A program made the translations under genes and the position numbers. This document shows, in pieces, positions 1-23,902 of a stretch of DNA of 64,000 nucleotides. The stretch covers positions 28,937,673 through 29,001,672 of the forward strand of contig OZ037766.1 of NCBI GenBank assembly GCA_964035545.1. Direction: 5' to 3'. This DNA is from Bugula neritina. Taxonomy: Eukaryota; Animalia; Bryozoa. How positions within the stretch are numbered: position 1 is the first letter of the stretch; each line of letters begins with the position of its first letter. The notes under the pieces were generated by a model, which was given only the letters and a program-made list of their open reading frames with translations, ran no database searches and was not told the origin of the DNA.

Positions 1-143
1 TTACATTGCTGATGGTCTTTGCGAGATTTACTTTACAGACTGTTCTCTTTCTAGCACACGTCTTCTCATTTACAGTTCAACTCACTATGAACTCTAACAT
101 ACTACACCATCATATCAAGACGCATGACATATTTGTGTTGTAG

Positions 144-718
144 AAAAGTTCCGTTAGCAATGACGTTTGACTCAAAGCATAAAGTCACTTGCGTTGATAT
201 TGATGAGCGAAAGAAGAAATTACTCACCGTTGGTACTAACCGTATTATAAAGGTAAGTGTTTAGTATAATCTGTGTTCTGTAGGTAGTACCCATCTGTAG
301 AGAGTAGATACATCTATTATATCTAAACTTTCTAAGAAGTATTGTTATGTGGTTTTTTATTATATTTTACTTTTTTATAACTAGCAAATATAAATAAAGT
401 TTAAACAATTATTTTATTTGAATCTTTTATTTTCAGTTATGTTTTCATTTATTATTTATTTACTCATAACTAACCAATTTAATTGAAGTTTTAACATCAA
501 CTTGATTGAATATTTTACTTTTAATTATGCTAGTTAGATGCTATAGAAGCATTTAGTGCCAACTGAATGATTTGTCCTCTTTTTCTGAGACTTCATGCAT
601 TCATGTCATTCAGTCTTGTGGTATCTTTCCTTTTTTATTTTTGAAAGTGTTTCTGTGCAAACCTTAGCAATGCATTTTACTGTTTTAGATTTGGGATATA
701 TCTCCAATCTTAGCCTAA
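144..718 (+). CDS. WDFY2: 3' end (last two coding exons) of WD repeat and FYVE domain-containing protein 1/2 orthologue
   Basis: Exons 144-252 (tgtag|...AAG|gtaagt) and 689-718 (ttttag|ATTTGGGAT...TAA) splice to KVPLAMTFDSKHKVTCVDIDERKKKLLTVGTNRIIK-IWDISPILA*. This matches the remembered C-terminal WD40 of WDFY2 (..DSKHNIV..LLTSGTDKVIKLWDMTPVVS). Not in the ORF track because both exons are short. Confidence 0.85.
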
Positions 719-2229
719 GGCCCAAGATAGACTCCACCCTTCCTGTTAGTCACACGTATACTTACTGCTCTGCTGCATAGCGCTTCTCCAATCTCACCCG
801 GAATGGCTGGACGCCGCTTCGACTCTATTGTAACTGAAGTCACACCCCCTTCTAGTTGGTACCAGTGCTGTTTATTTATAATTGTATAATTTTATACATT
901 TTATTTTTAAGACCTGACTTTGCATTTAAACTTATGTGAGATTTTAAATCATGTTAATAGAGTTTTTGTAGCCGATTTATATCTGGTCCAACACTCACAC
1001 CCATCTATTGCCTCTGCCCACATGCTGATTAGTTTTATAGTTGAGTTCCTGTTTTTAACTTTACATCACTGCAGATTACCTCTGCAGGTAGCATTTGATT
1101 CAATGCCAGATTTTATGCTGTCGTAGTCTGTTCAACTAATATGCGCTCATTAATTGGCTTGAAAGGGGAATCTTATTAGCTAGCATTGTAATAGGAAGCA
1201 AAGCAAAACTTAATTTCAATCCGGAATTTATAGTTATTAAACCAAAAGCTAAAGTTACTTGAACTATTTTTTAAAGAAATAGTTATTGGGTGTTGGCCTG
1301 AAGAGGTCATAGGTCAGTGTAGTGTTGACCTGAAGAGGTCAGAGGTCGGTGTGGGTGTTAGAGCTTCTAAAGTAACCTCATGACCAGAGTGCATCAGTCT
1401 ACTGTATCTTCGTGCTGCTTTTTAATGCAAATTCTATTTTAAGTAATTTATTAGATATATATTTTGAATTGTTGAACAAATAGTTTATACTAGTGTTTTT
1501 TAATGTTATATACTTAATTACATAGTAATTCATGAAATATATGTATTAGTTTGTATATTACTCTTTGTGTTGTTGTTACTAACTCTGACTTTAAGTTAGA
1601 GTTTAAATAACGTCAGTACCAGAGAACATATAACAAAACTTTCAAAGATTGAATTCATGTTCATTCCTACTATCTTTTAGTCATTTTATCAACTTTTGAA
1701 GCACTTGTTTGATTTGCTAATGCTTGTCTTATTATTAAAGTTTATGAAACAAAATAATGGTAATCTTATAGACTAAGAACAAAGTGTAACTACTTTAACA
1801 TATAGCTGGTTGTAATATCTCTTTGAAATAGGTGAGGTGGAGTCATGGTTGGTAGATAACACCAATCTTATCTCAAAACACTGCAGCTTTATTTTTATTA
1901 AAACCTCATTATATTTCGTAGTTGAGGTGAACATTCAGGACTCCATTTTTACCCTGCTTCTAACTTTAAATGTTGCAAAAACAAAGTTCTTCTTTTCACC
2001 CAGCGTCTACAATAAACATATTGTCCATATGATTTGTATTAATGGTTCTATCTTTCACTATAATAATATTAGATGAGATATTACTAACTGCCAATAATAT
2101 TCTGATATATTAGTTTCTAATTCTCCAAAGTTATTGACGTCCAATATTTATTTTTGCTTATTTATTCTTTCAAGTACTAAACTACAGTTATACTCATTTT
2201 TCTGCTTTTCTTGTCATTTATAAATCATA

Positions 2230-2451
2230 AAAACTCACTCACTCAAGTTTATAGCTGCTATCCCTGTGAAAAACCCCTGATGGAAGGGTTTTTGTTAAAT
2301 TGGGCTAAGGGCTTGTTCAGATGAGGCACAGGAGCAATAATGACTGGAGGCTTTTCCTAAAATCACTAATGGCCTTTGTCTGGGTTCAAACCCATGACTT
2401 GTGTTCACTAAGCAAACACTCTAACCCGTAGACCACTAGACCCTAGACCCT
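2230..2451 (-). mobile_element. tRNA-derived SINE with 14-bp target-site duplication
   Basis: Flanked by the direct repeat ATTTATAAATCATA (2216-2229 and 2452-2465). The minus-strand head has A-box-like TGGTCTACGGG and B-box-like GGTTTGAACCC. The tail is (TGAG)3 plus a T-run. Confidence 0.75.
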
Positions 2452-3379
2452 ATTTATAAATCATAGTATAGGCTTAGTGACTAACTATTCAGATTTTGAT
2501 AATGAATTTTTTTCAATAGGAAGTACAAGTTTTGCAAGTTAAATCTGTTTCTTCAGACTTGTGAATGTAAAAATCTTTCATGGTATTACCCACTAATTAT
2601 TCTTTACCAATTATATAACACATAATTACTAAAATATTCTCTATCACATTTGACATTTAAAGACTGTTTTTCACCATTAGCCTTTGCCAGTTGTTTGCAT
2701 TCTCTCGCAGATGATAACCGTAATCAATGTTATCAAGTTTACCAAAGTAAACACCTTAGTGAATTTAATGATAACTGACAATCAAAGTCTACATTCTTTT
2801 AGCTTGAGCTCCATGAATTGAGTTAATAGCATGCAGTACTCTTGATGTTTGCAGGTAATTAAAAGGTATTACAATGTTAAAATTAGTTACAATTTATTTA
2901 CTAGGGAATGAATGCATGAACAGTACTTTTTTAAACTAGCATTTTGAAGGTACTGCATGTATATAGTAGCGCTATTGTTATTGATTATCCATACTCAGTC
3001 ACATAAAATGTCTGTATTTTTCTCTAAGTTTGTTTTCAGAGCACTTCCTACTGGGCATATGTTATCCTGGTGTCCTAAACACACGGATGACTGTAAGTTT
3101 TTATGAAGTGTAAAATGGTAACTCACATCTGTGAAGACAACGCAGTTTACAATTGAAATATTTTGTCCTTCTCTAATATTATAATGTGTGGCACAAAACT
3201 TAACTATGGAATGCTGAATCAATTGACCTGAGGCTAAATGTAAGATGATAGAGCTTTCAGAACCTATTCTAACAATGTGCTAGCATCGACGATGTTATAT
3301 AAAGGATTATCATTGCTGCGTTGATAAGACTGTGTACACAGGCAAACTTTGGTCATACTGCCTCTTCCAGTTTTACAAA

Positions 3380-14266
<10,887 letters not shown>

Positions 14267-15236
14267 GTAAGTTTAGTTATGTGCCTTGTCTGACAAATTG
14301 ACAATTATAGTTTATTACACAACTGATATTTGCATCTACACTTAAGAATATAGACATTGTCACACTGATATGCTATACTGATGATATATAATTGTAGTTG
14401 GGTGCCACAAGGACGACCCCAAATGCTAGATATTCCATATCCAGGTTCAAGATTTCAAGTTATCAAGTCTTCTTAAAATCTTATTATATATTCATCAACA
14501 ATAAATTATTTTGCTTTAATGATTGTTTTCACTCTTAAACTCGATGCTGTGATTTAAAATATATGCTTTGAAAAGACCATCAACTCTTCATAATTTGGTT
14601 TTCTTTCTAATTTTTCAATCAGCAACTGTGATTTTATTTTCAACCTAACAATAAATATTTTTATATCCACAATAAATCGTTATAGACAATAATTATATTA
14701 GATGGTAGTGCATCAAACACACATTTCTCTAATATACTGTGATTTAAGCAATAATAATGACAGTCTATAAACTACTATACCATCAGTCTGGGTAGGCTGC
14801 AAACAAACATCCCAATAAAAGTTTCTTCATATTTTTACCTTAAAGCAAGTATATTGTGACTAGCCAATTAACATCTACATATAGCTTTACCATATACAGC
14901 ATTTACATAATCAGCACAGCACTCTATTGATTGGTGTTGACTTGGCAAGTGGTGTGTCTAGTTAGTAGTCCTGTAAATGTTGTAGCTATGGCTGGTGTGT
15001 GTGTGTGTGTGTGCTCTAGCACGCTCGCGCATGTGCGTGCGTGCTTATTTTAATAAAAAAAGGATTTGTCATTTTTCTTCGAAAATAATGCCGTGTTGCT
15101 AATTAATGAAACTTTTAATAACTGAATGAAGACATAAGCTTATTTAGTTATTTTTTAACATAGCATTTCTGTAAGTTCTTGACATTACAAATGATGACAG
15201 TGTAAAACATATACATCCAGGTGTTTCTATTAAATT

Positions 15237-15437
15237 AGACTGTATATTAAGGTATTTAGTTGAAGAAGGAAGTTCCTAGTTCATGCCAGCTCATAGAATA
15301 ACTAATAAGCATCAGTATTCAGTCACATTCAGTGTTATCTGATTCAATCATCAGTTCTGAGTACAAGTTTAATATCAGAATAATAGGAATATTTTATTCT
15401 TTTCATATTAACTCATGTAAATTAACTTTAGGTATGC
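15237..15437. other. Conserved ~200-bp non-coding element, one copy downstream of every collagen gene (10 copies)
   Basis: AGACTGTATATTGAGGTATTCAGTTTAAGAAGGAAGTTCC..CATCAGTATTCAGTCACATTCAGTGTTATCTGATTCAATCATCAGTTCTGAGTACAAG..GGTATGC starts at ~15237, 20183, 24988, 31137, 35770, 41854, 46227, 52441, 57358 and 63479. Confidence 0.9.
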
Positions 15438-16505
15438 TTAACTTTTATATCATCTATAATATATATCTAATGTAATAGCTCAACAAATATATTGACTGAG
15501 CTTTGCAATGGAAATATGTTGGACTCTCTTGTTGGCAGTTTGCTAAGACTAATTTTCTTTTGCCTGTATAGGTATATTTTTGCTAACTAAGAATTGTTAC
15601 ACATAAACACAAGTTGGAGATGAAGTTTAGGAGTTTCTAATACATGCAGCCACACATAACGTCATGGGAGCTCTAAATAATAATAGTAGTTTGAAGTAAG
15701 AAGCTGTTTAAAAGTGGACATCAATTTGAAGTAAATATTGGCATTGAGACCGATAGTTGAAGCAAGAAGAATTCAGAGTAGGAACATGTTGATTGAATGA
15801 ATTATTTGCTATATATGTATTTGCAAATATTTAGTACTAGTATGTGTCTGCAATCTTCAACCAATTTCTAAGCTGCTAACAAATTTAGCACAAATTGAAC
15901 ACATTTTACATTCTTAGTGTACAACGTTTTATTTTTAAATTTGGCATTATATTATCTTAATTTGCACTTTTTTACAAACTTGAGACAAAAATGTTGATTT
16001 AGAAGAATAAAAATCTATAGAATTATTAATTTTTGAAAGCCTCTTTTCTTTAACCTTTGCTACAATATGTAACCTATGTTTCTTACAATGCTCACATTAT
16101 ATATAATAATGAACTATACTTGTGTAAATGTTTTACAAATCAATACAGTCTTGGCTTTAACAAGTAGTAAGTTTGTTTGGTCATATCAACAAAAAACGTT
16201 GAATAAATTTTCAAATTTTGTTTATTCAAATTTTAGAATATATTATAATTAGAATTGGAAAAACCATGCTAAAAACCTACCACGTTAAACAAGCAGAAAG
16301 TGTTATAATATATAAATAAGATTGCACATAATATGTGGTAATCTTGAAAATTTGAATTTAGTACTTTATGTCACCATTGCTGCTCGTTTGCTGAATAGAT
16401 TGATTAAATAGGTAATATAATATGTTATCTCATGTTAGGGAATTTGTAGCTCAATTATCAGCTAAATTAGTAGCTTACAAGTCTAGTTGAATTAAGTACA
16501 CATAA

Positions 16506-19301
16506 TTATTTAGAACAAACAACACAAGTTAGCTGTTTCTTGTCATGATATGGTAGACATTGTCCAGTATTTCCACTTCCTGAACAGTCAGCTCTGATAA
16601 AGTAAAACAAAGCTCCATCCGTGTTAGCACTCATCCCAGGGATATACTCAGGATATTGATCTACACACTCATATGTAGTTGGGTGAGGATTATCATAGCG
16701 TTGAGTCATCAAGTATCCTGAAAAAAGGATTTATAAATTACTACATATTGATTTTTTAAAATTGCAAAATATTCATTTATATAACAAGCTTTATCATCTA
16801 ATAAAATTTTATTTGATTAGATTTATCAGCATTAAAACAGATAAAAAATATACTAGTTTTATGGCAATTAAAAGTTTCATTTTAAAGAATCTGTATTTAT
16901 ACTGTTCTAATAAACCTTTGTAGTTTAAAGAGATTGTGTTTTTAATGTTGCACGTATACCTTCATATTCTTCTGTCCACCCAGATGGACAAGATCTCTTA
17001 GCTGGAATCATCAACAGAGCTGGTCTGTTCTCTGTATAACATCTGGCACATGGTACATTCTGGTTATACGCTGTACTGGGGAATATTCCAAAGTGAGTTT
17101 GAGATTGATATTCTGCTCCAGCCATTAGAGAGCCAGGGAAATTATCACCAGTGTACACTCTGTTATACTGTGGATCATGTGGGAGACACTGGTAGTTCAC
17201 TCCACCTCCAGTGTGCATGTAATTTGTACCTCCAGCAAATCCTATAGCACCGGAAAATGTAGATAAAAATAATACTCTGTAACATCTAATAAGTAAATGT
17301 GTAAACTCAAGTAGAGCGAGGTACATCATACTTTCTCTGTTGCTAAGCAACTAGTATAGTTATACACAAACTTATTAGAATATAATTCGTAGTTTAAAGT
17401 TAAATAATTTTATGAATAACACACCTTTGTATAGTCTAATTGAGCCAGCACCGCAAGATGTTCTCCCCCATCTAGTGTACACAGCACCTCCTTCAAAATT
17501 AATTCCTGGTACTCCACGAGCACCAGTTGCTCCTCTTAAACCAGTTGCTCCTGTGTTACCAGTGTTTCCTTTTAAACCTGTTGGACCTACAACTCCGCGG
17601 TCTCCTTTAATACCTTTCACTCCAACAGCACCCTGCACTCCTTTAGCACCAGGTTTTCCCTTTTCACCATCAATGCCAGGGTTCCCTTGAGGTCCTTGTA
17701 CTCCTTTATCTCCTCTAAGTCCGGCTAGACCTGGTGAACCTCTATCACCTTTAGGTCCAGGCTCTCCCTCTGGTCCCAGAGCACCTTTCAGTCCAGGAGC
17801 ACCTGGTAAACCCGGTGTTCCATCTCTGCCTGTAAAAATTCAATAATCAAATCTTTTTAAGAAAGTTTTTACGGTTTTTTGTTGCTAATGATTGCCATCA
17901 AAAGAATTTTTTCTAGTAATAATTATTGCATTATAGCTGTATTTTCTGCACTAAAACAATGTTAACAGCTGGCATTGCAACAATTTCAAAGTTAATTTTT
18001 GTTTCAATAATATAAGATGCATGGTTGCTACAAATATTGCATGTTAAACTAAGCTGTGATAAATGAACATTTTCAGTAACTATATGTATGTGACTACTTT
18101 TTTGAATAATTTCTGTATATAAATTAATTAAACCTTTATTAAAACTTTTTTTGTTGATCATTATTTTTCTATACCAATTTTATATTTGGCACCAATTTTT
18201 TTACGTTTTATTTTAATGTGTTTCAATTTTACCATCACGTCCATTTAGCCCATCTTTTCCATCTCTTCCATCTCTGCCATCACTACCATCTTTTCCATCA
18301 ACTCCGTTGATACCTCGGACACCTGATTAAATCTTGAAATTACTTTTGTGTCTGTTTATACATAAATAAACTATTTTATGTCATTTTCTGCTACCTGGTA
18401 AGCATTTACACTGACTTGAACTATGAAAAGATTTAAAAGGTTATGAGAAATGTGCACACTAACGCAAAAGCTTGCAAAAACTACTTTAAAAACTACAAAT
18501 TAAGTACAAAATAGTAGAATTTGCTTAATCATGGTCATCCTGGTGGGGTCATAGCAGCGATGGCAGCAGCAGCAGCAGCAAAGCAACAAAATATTTCAAC
18601 TGGGCAAAAATTTAGTTGCTATGTGGTGTCTAGGTTATAAGTTATAAGTTATAAGCTTTTGAACCCCGAAGCTGTATTCATAATTGGAAAGAAGTGCTTA
18701 CCAAAAATGCAGATCTGTTCCAGCAAACCGGAAACCTTGTCTTTTTCATTTTCTCCAAAATTTTCTATTTTAGGCAATTCTCCAGTGAGCAGCTTCAAGA
18801 GGTGAATATTCATAGAAAGTTCATAAAATGTGAGTTTTTTCATCACTTCACATTATATAATACATTATTTCATTAACTTATTGTAACACCACAATGCAGC
18901 TTTTGAAACTTACCATTTCGGTTTTGGCAAACGGTGACAAAATTTAAAAAAACCAGCGTTCATTTTTACTTTGAAACTTGTTCACATTTTCTCTAAAGAA
19001 CAACTATATTATAGCCACTATATTTCTAACTTACAGCTTTGAGTAAGGAGTAAAATTTTGCCTGTAGTTCTTCATTAGCTTTCTGTTGAAGCTCCAGTTC
19101 TTGCAGTACAACTTTCATTTGTTGCTGATGTGTTTCATTCTGTTGCTTTAGAATAACAGTCAGTTCTTTTAGTTCTTCTTTTAGCTTTTCCTGTTGTTCT
19201 GCCAGCAACTCTCTAACACCCTCTACATCATAACTTCCAACACCAGCTGAGTATCCAATCAGAGAACAGAGTATGACCAAAGTTACCAATAGAGCACGCA
19301 T
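16506..19301 (-). CDS. Short-chain collagen C4-like (spongin-related) protein, copy A; intact, ~448 aa
   Basis: Exons 19301-19035 (signal + Q/E/L coiled coil), 18792-18702 (LLTGELPK..ICIFG), 18322-18233 (GVRGINGVDGKDG..GRDG), 17829-17425 (Gly-X-Y + [12 protein letters not shown]), 17241-16960 ([27 protein letters not shown]), 16717-16506 ([16 protein letters not shown]). All junctions are GT-AG and in phase. The C-terminal motifs are those of the spongin short-chain collagen NC1-like domain. Confidence 0.92.
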
Positions 19302-19438
19302 CTTTGTGTTTTTTTAACATTAAACTACTATAAAATCAAAGCACAAGGATACACTGAAACTGTCTATATTACTTTCTTAGAACTTCTTTTTAGCGAAATC
19401 CTTTGACTTATGTCTAGCATACTATGATCAGAACAGAA

Positions 19439-19491
19439 TTTATACAACTTTTATATTTACAAGAAGCCAATGATCAAGTCACATCTATTGG
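19439..19491 (-). promoter_or_regulatory. Putative core promoter of A/C-type collagen genes (TATAAA plus CCAAT boxes)
   Basis: Minus-strand TATAAA at 19444-19439, about 140 bp upstream of the ATG, with CCAAT at 19467 and ATTGG at 19487. A homologous TATA/CCAAT block precedes every C copy (~30231, 41086, 51535, 62624). Confidence 0.5.
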
Positions 19492-20692
19492 CTGTGACCC
19501 AGCTGCTGTGTAATCAATCTCTCAACTCTCTCTATTCAGTTTGCTCATCCCGTAAAAATGAATCTTGTGTTACATTATGATAAAATTTACATTTTATTGT
19601 CATTTTATTTTGTACTGTGCCTATTATCTTTCCAAAATAGTATGATGCAGTTTCTTCTTTAGTGAATAATTTGCTTTTTAACTTTTAAACTGCTAATATA
19701 CTTGTTCAAAGATTTTGGTTGCTTATAGGATTCTTATATATATATATAGGCTATTGTGTTACTGTTTTCCATCACTACCGATGGTTATAGTGTGTTGCTG
19801 TCTGCTATCCCTATATTGTTATTGCATACTATCACTACCCTGCTATTGATCATCAACACTATACTACAGTTTTTCATTTGACTAATGTGTTATTTTCTGG
19901 CACTATAATTAGTGATGCACTTTAATTTTCATTGACTTTAAAACTTTGTTTTGCTCATAGACTGTGTACCATAACTAGATGTAAGTTAAAGTTATCATTT
20001 TTTATAAAATCACCTATAACTTAACCCACACCTAACCAGACTAACCTACCCCATTCAATTTTGGTATAAAGAGGAAGTTATTAGAATTCATTTTGACTAA
20101 CATCAGTATTTAAATCCCTGAAAGACTCAACATTCCAATCTTATCATCTCATAGAAAACACTGAGTTTAAGAATTAATTATGGACTGTATATTGAGGTAT
20201 TCAGCTTAAGAAGGAAGTTCCTGGTTCATATATCAGCTCATAGAATAACTAATAATCATCAGTATTCAGTCACATTCAGTGTTATCTGATTCAATCATCA
20301 GTTCTGAGTACAAGTTTATTATCAGAATAATAGAAATATTTCATTCTTTTCAAGTAAACTCATGCATACTAATTTTAGGTATGCTTTGCTTTTATGTCGT
20401 TTCTCTTTTATCTGAATTTTTTTATAAAAAGCATTACCAGCTTTTACTTACTAACAGCATACCAGCTGTTTAATTTGCTTTTTTTCTATGAGAACTAAAA
20501 TACTTTACAATGGAAATATATTACACTTTTATTGCGACTTAAGCTATAGATAATGTTGTGGCTGAGATAACATTTTGTGTAATATAAAATGATATATTCT
20601 GATGAAGTAGTGAAAAATTAAAAACGAGTGTCACAGATTATATTGTTCACAAGTGATTGAAACTGTTGCACTTTTGCAATAATAAATGCTGT

Positions 20693-23600
20693 TTATTTAG
20701 AACAAACAACACAAGTGAGCTGTCTCTTGTCATCATATGGTGGACAGTGTCCAGTAGTCCCCTGCCCTGAACAGTCAGCTCTGACAAAGTAAAACAGCGC
20801 TCCATTTGTATTGGCACTCAGTCCTGTGATATACTCAGGATATTGATCTACGCACTCATATGTAGTTGGTTTATAATCATGTTTTGAAGTCATAAGGTAT
20901 CCTGAAAACACAAGCATATAAAACGTTGTAAAGGAATTTAGACATGGGCAGTTTCTGTGAGCTTAAAGCAGTCAATAATGTGCCAGCCGGCAACAATGAA
21001 ACTAGTAGTTGATATTATGTAATATAAACCTATAATCACACCATTGTCTATACTACCATCTTTTATACATACATTTCTAATTATCAGCTGCTATAGAGCT
21101 ACAGTACCTTCATACTCCTTACTCCACCCAGTAGGACAAGATCTCTTAGCTGGAATCATCATAAGAGCTGGTCGGTTCTCTGTATAACATCTGGCACATG
21201 GTACATTCTGGTCATGAGATGTATTAGAGAATATTCCATAATGTCTTTGAGAGTGATATTCTGCTCCGCCCATGAAAGAGCCAGAAAAATCATCACCAGT
21301 GTATCCTCTGTTATATTGTGGATCAGGGGGCATGCATTGGTAGTTGACTCCGCCTCCACTGTGGGTATAGTGTGATCCTCCAGCAAATCCTATATGTTTA
21401 CAAATGTAAAAACATAATGTGTATGTGTGTGTATGTGTGTGTATGTGTGTATGTGTGTGTATGTGTGTGTATGTGTGTGTGTGTGTGTGCGTGTATGTAT
21501 GTGTGTATGTGTGTGTATGAGTGTGTATGGTGTGTATGGTGTGTATGGTGTGTGTATGTGTGTGCATGTATGTATGTGTGTATGTGTGTGTATGTGTGTG
21601 TATGTGCGTGTGTGTGTGTGTGTGTGCAGTTGTTTTTAACACTCAACCTTTATATAATAAAGTTGATTCTGCAATGCAGCTAGTTCTTCCCCATCTTGTA
21701 TAAACAGCACCTTCTTCAACTTTATCAGATGGTGAACCTTTGATACCCTTTTCTCCTTTGCTCCCTGTTAAACCTTTCAAACCAACTTGTCCAGGTAATC
21801 CTGCTCTGCCAGTAGCTCCTTTTTGTCCAACAGCTCCTTTTTGTCCAACAGCTCCTTTTGTTCCTTTCAGGCCTGGTGCACCAACTTCACCTTCTGAGCC
21901 TTTATCTCCCTTTGAACCTTGAGAACCTGGAAATCCAGCATTTCCAGGTAAACCAGTAATACCCATATCTCCTTTGAGACCCTTTGGACCCATTAGGCCA
22001 GGTGCACCAGGAACTCCATCTCTGCCTGTATGAAGCAAAACGTAATTCAAAAGTAAAACCTACAGGAACGGATTTTCATAAATACTTACACTATGTTGTC
22101 TGTTATGAGAACAGCAACACTAAACTATTACCAACCACTAACACTGAGATATACTATGTACATGCATGTATCTTACCATCACGACCAGCAGCTCCATCTC
22201 TTCCATCTCTGCCATTGCTACCATCTTTACCACTCAACCCCCTAACACCTTAAAAGCAAAGTATGCATGATATATTATAGGTCGCTGTTTTCTCACTTTT
22301 TGAAAGCAAACCAATGAATTAATGCGCAATTAAAAACTGCGTGAATAACAGCTTTTGCAAAGTTATACTCTAGAGCTTGAATAAATACAAATATAATTAA
22401 AATTGGGGTGCATGAAGGTGCAATTAGGCGTACTTTAGTTTGAATGAAAAACTTTGAACAAATATGTTCAGGACAATTAGAAAAAAACTTTTACAAATTT
22501 AAGCAAATCACTTTCTAAACTATGTTTACCAAAGATGCAAATTTTCTCAACCAGATCACTTAAATCTCCTTCTTCTAGTCTTTCAATGTTTGTTTCTTTT
22601 GGCAATTTCCCATTCAATAACTAAAAAAAGCAGATGGTATTTTAGTAATCATATTCTTGCTAGTGCAAATTTTTCTAAAACTACATCTATAGTAACACAA
22701 TATAAGTATTGTATTATCTCATAATGTTATAGTATAACAATAGCTGCATTATTTCAAAAATCATGAAAAAGGATCAATTAGTACTTATGTTGTTCAACAA
22801 AGCTAAATGCTAAAATCTAAAGACTAACTGCTTTATGTTGAATTGGCATTCAGATGCACATTTGGAAAGCAAAGATTGTTCATTATACAATGTAAATTAT
22901 ATTTTACGTTGTATAGCACAATTCAGTTCAATGATACCAAGTTTAAGCTGGGTTGACCTTTTACAACATTCACTGCACTTTAATTACAGTAAGTTCTGCT
23001 AAAATACAACAAAGAAAAGGCATCCTTTGTAAATACTTACAGCGTTGAGCAATGAATACACAGTGTCTTGTAGCATTTCAATTTTTTTATCTTGCAGTTC
23101 TATCTGCTGCTGCTGGGCTTCTGTCTGCTGTTTGACAACTTCAAATATTGTTGCTTCCAGCTTTTGCTGTTGCTCTTCTAATAACTTTTTGAATTCTTCC
23201 CCATTTCCACTCACCAGATTTGCAGGAAAGCAAGCAAGTAATATGATGCAGAGTGCAGTTACTAAAAATATTATAAGTAAATAACTAAATGAGTCATACA
23301 TAGAACTGTAATACATTACATTTTGTAAGTTGACATATAATACTTGTATATAGCAATTTAATTATGTTAAATTCTAGTTATATTATAATTGCAATTTGTA
23401 TAACATATAAAAACATTACTTTATTAAGATTTGAAATACTTTACATAAGATATTTTATTGGCATTGCTACATTTTTATTCCATTCATTTTGTTAAAGTTT
23501 ACATTATAGTTCAAAGCAGAATAATCTAAAATACTGCAACCATATTTGTAGGATTATATTACATAGTTTTTTCTCAACTATATTGCTAAGAGCCTAGTAG

Positions 23601-23902
23601 CAAGAGTAGGACATAAACATTGTTATTTATAGCATCACAGAAATTGAATCTAATTTTTCCATACCTTATAAACAATTCATTACTTTTTTCAGTCTTAGAA
23701 ATGTATGTTATATTACTAAATATTATTTCTTACCTATCTCCACTTTGTCCTGCTTGAGTAGCAGGACTACCAAATATTAACACTCAATAAAACAATTGGA
23801 TTGAAAGTATTAATTTGATAATTTGCTATAGCCACCAAACTGTCAGCTTTTAAATAGAAGATGGAAACATTAATTCTTACCTTCAGAATAATAAACCTTC
23901 AT
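20693..23902 (-). CDS. Short-chain collagen C4-like protein, copy B1; intact, ~424 aa
   Basis: Exons 23902-23881 (MKVYYSE), 23261-23041 ([12 protein letters not shown]..coiled coil), 22620-22530 ([13 protein letters not shown]), 22248-22177 (GVRG..GRDG), 22025-21648, 21389-21108, 20901-20693. In phase with no stops. Confidence 0.9.
21418..21626. repeat. Compound (TG)n/(TGTA)n microsatellite in the B-type intron (copies at 32380-32731, 42658-42840, 53695-53953)
   Basis: Directly visible. Length differs between copies; source of the HT/CV ORFs. Confidence 0.95.

Noticed and set aside
17412-17690. Pro-rich plus-strand ORFs (also 21740, 28477, 49787, 54066) and Cys/Ser-rich ORFs (23045, 33817, 44243, 55373)
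   Set aside because: Antisense shadows of Gly-X-Y and coiled-coil exons.
18395-18420. Possible micro-exon (..QCKCLPG) in gene A
   Set aside because: Its phase is incompatible with exon 2. Exons 2 and 3 already join in frame, and B and C copies lack it.
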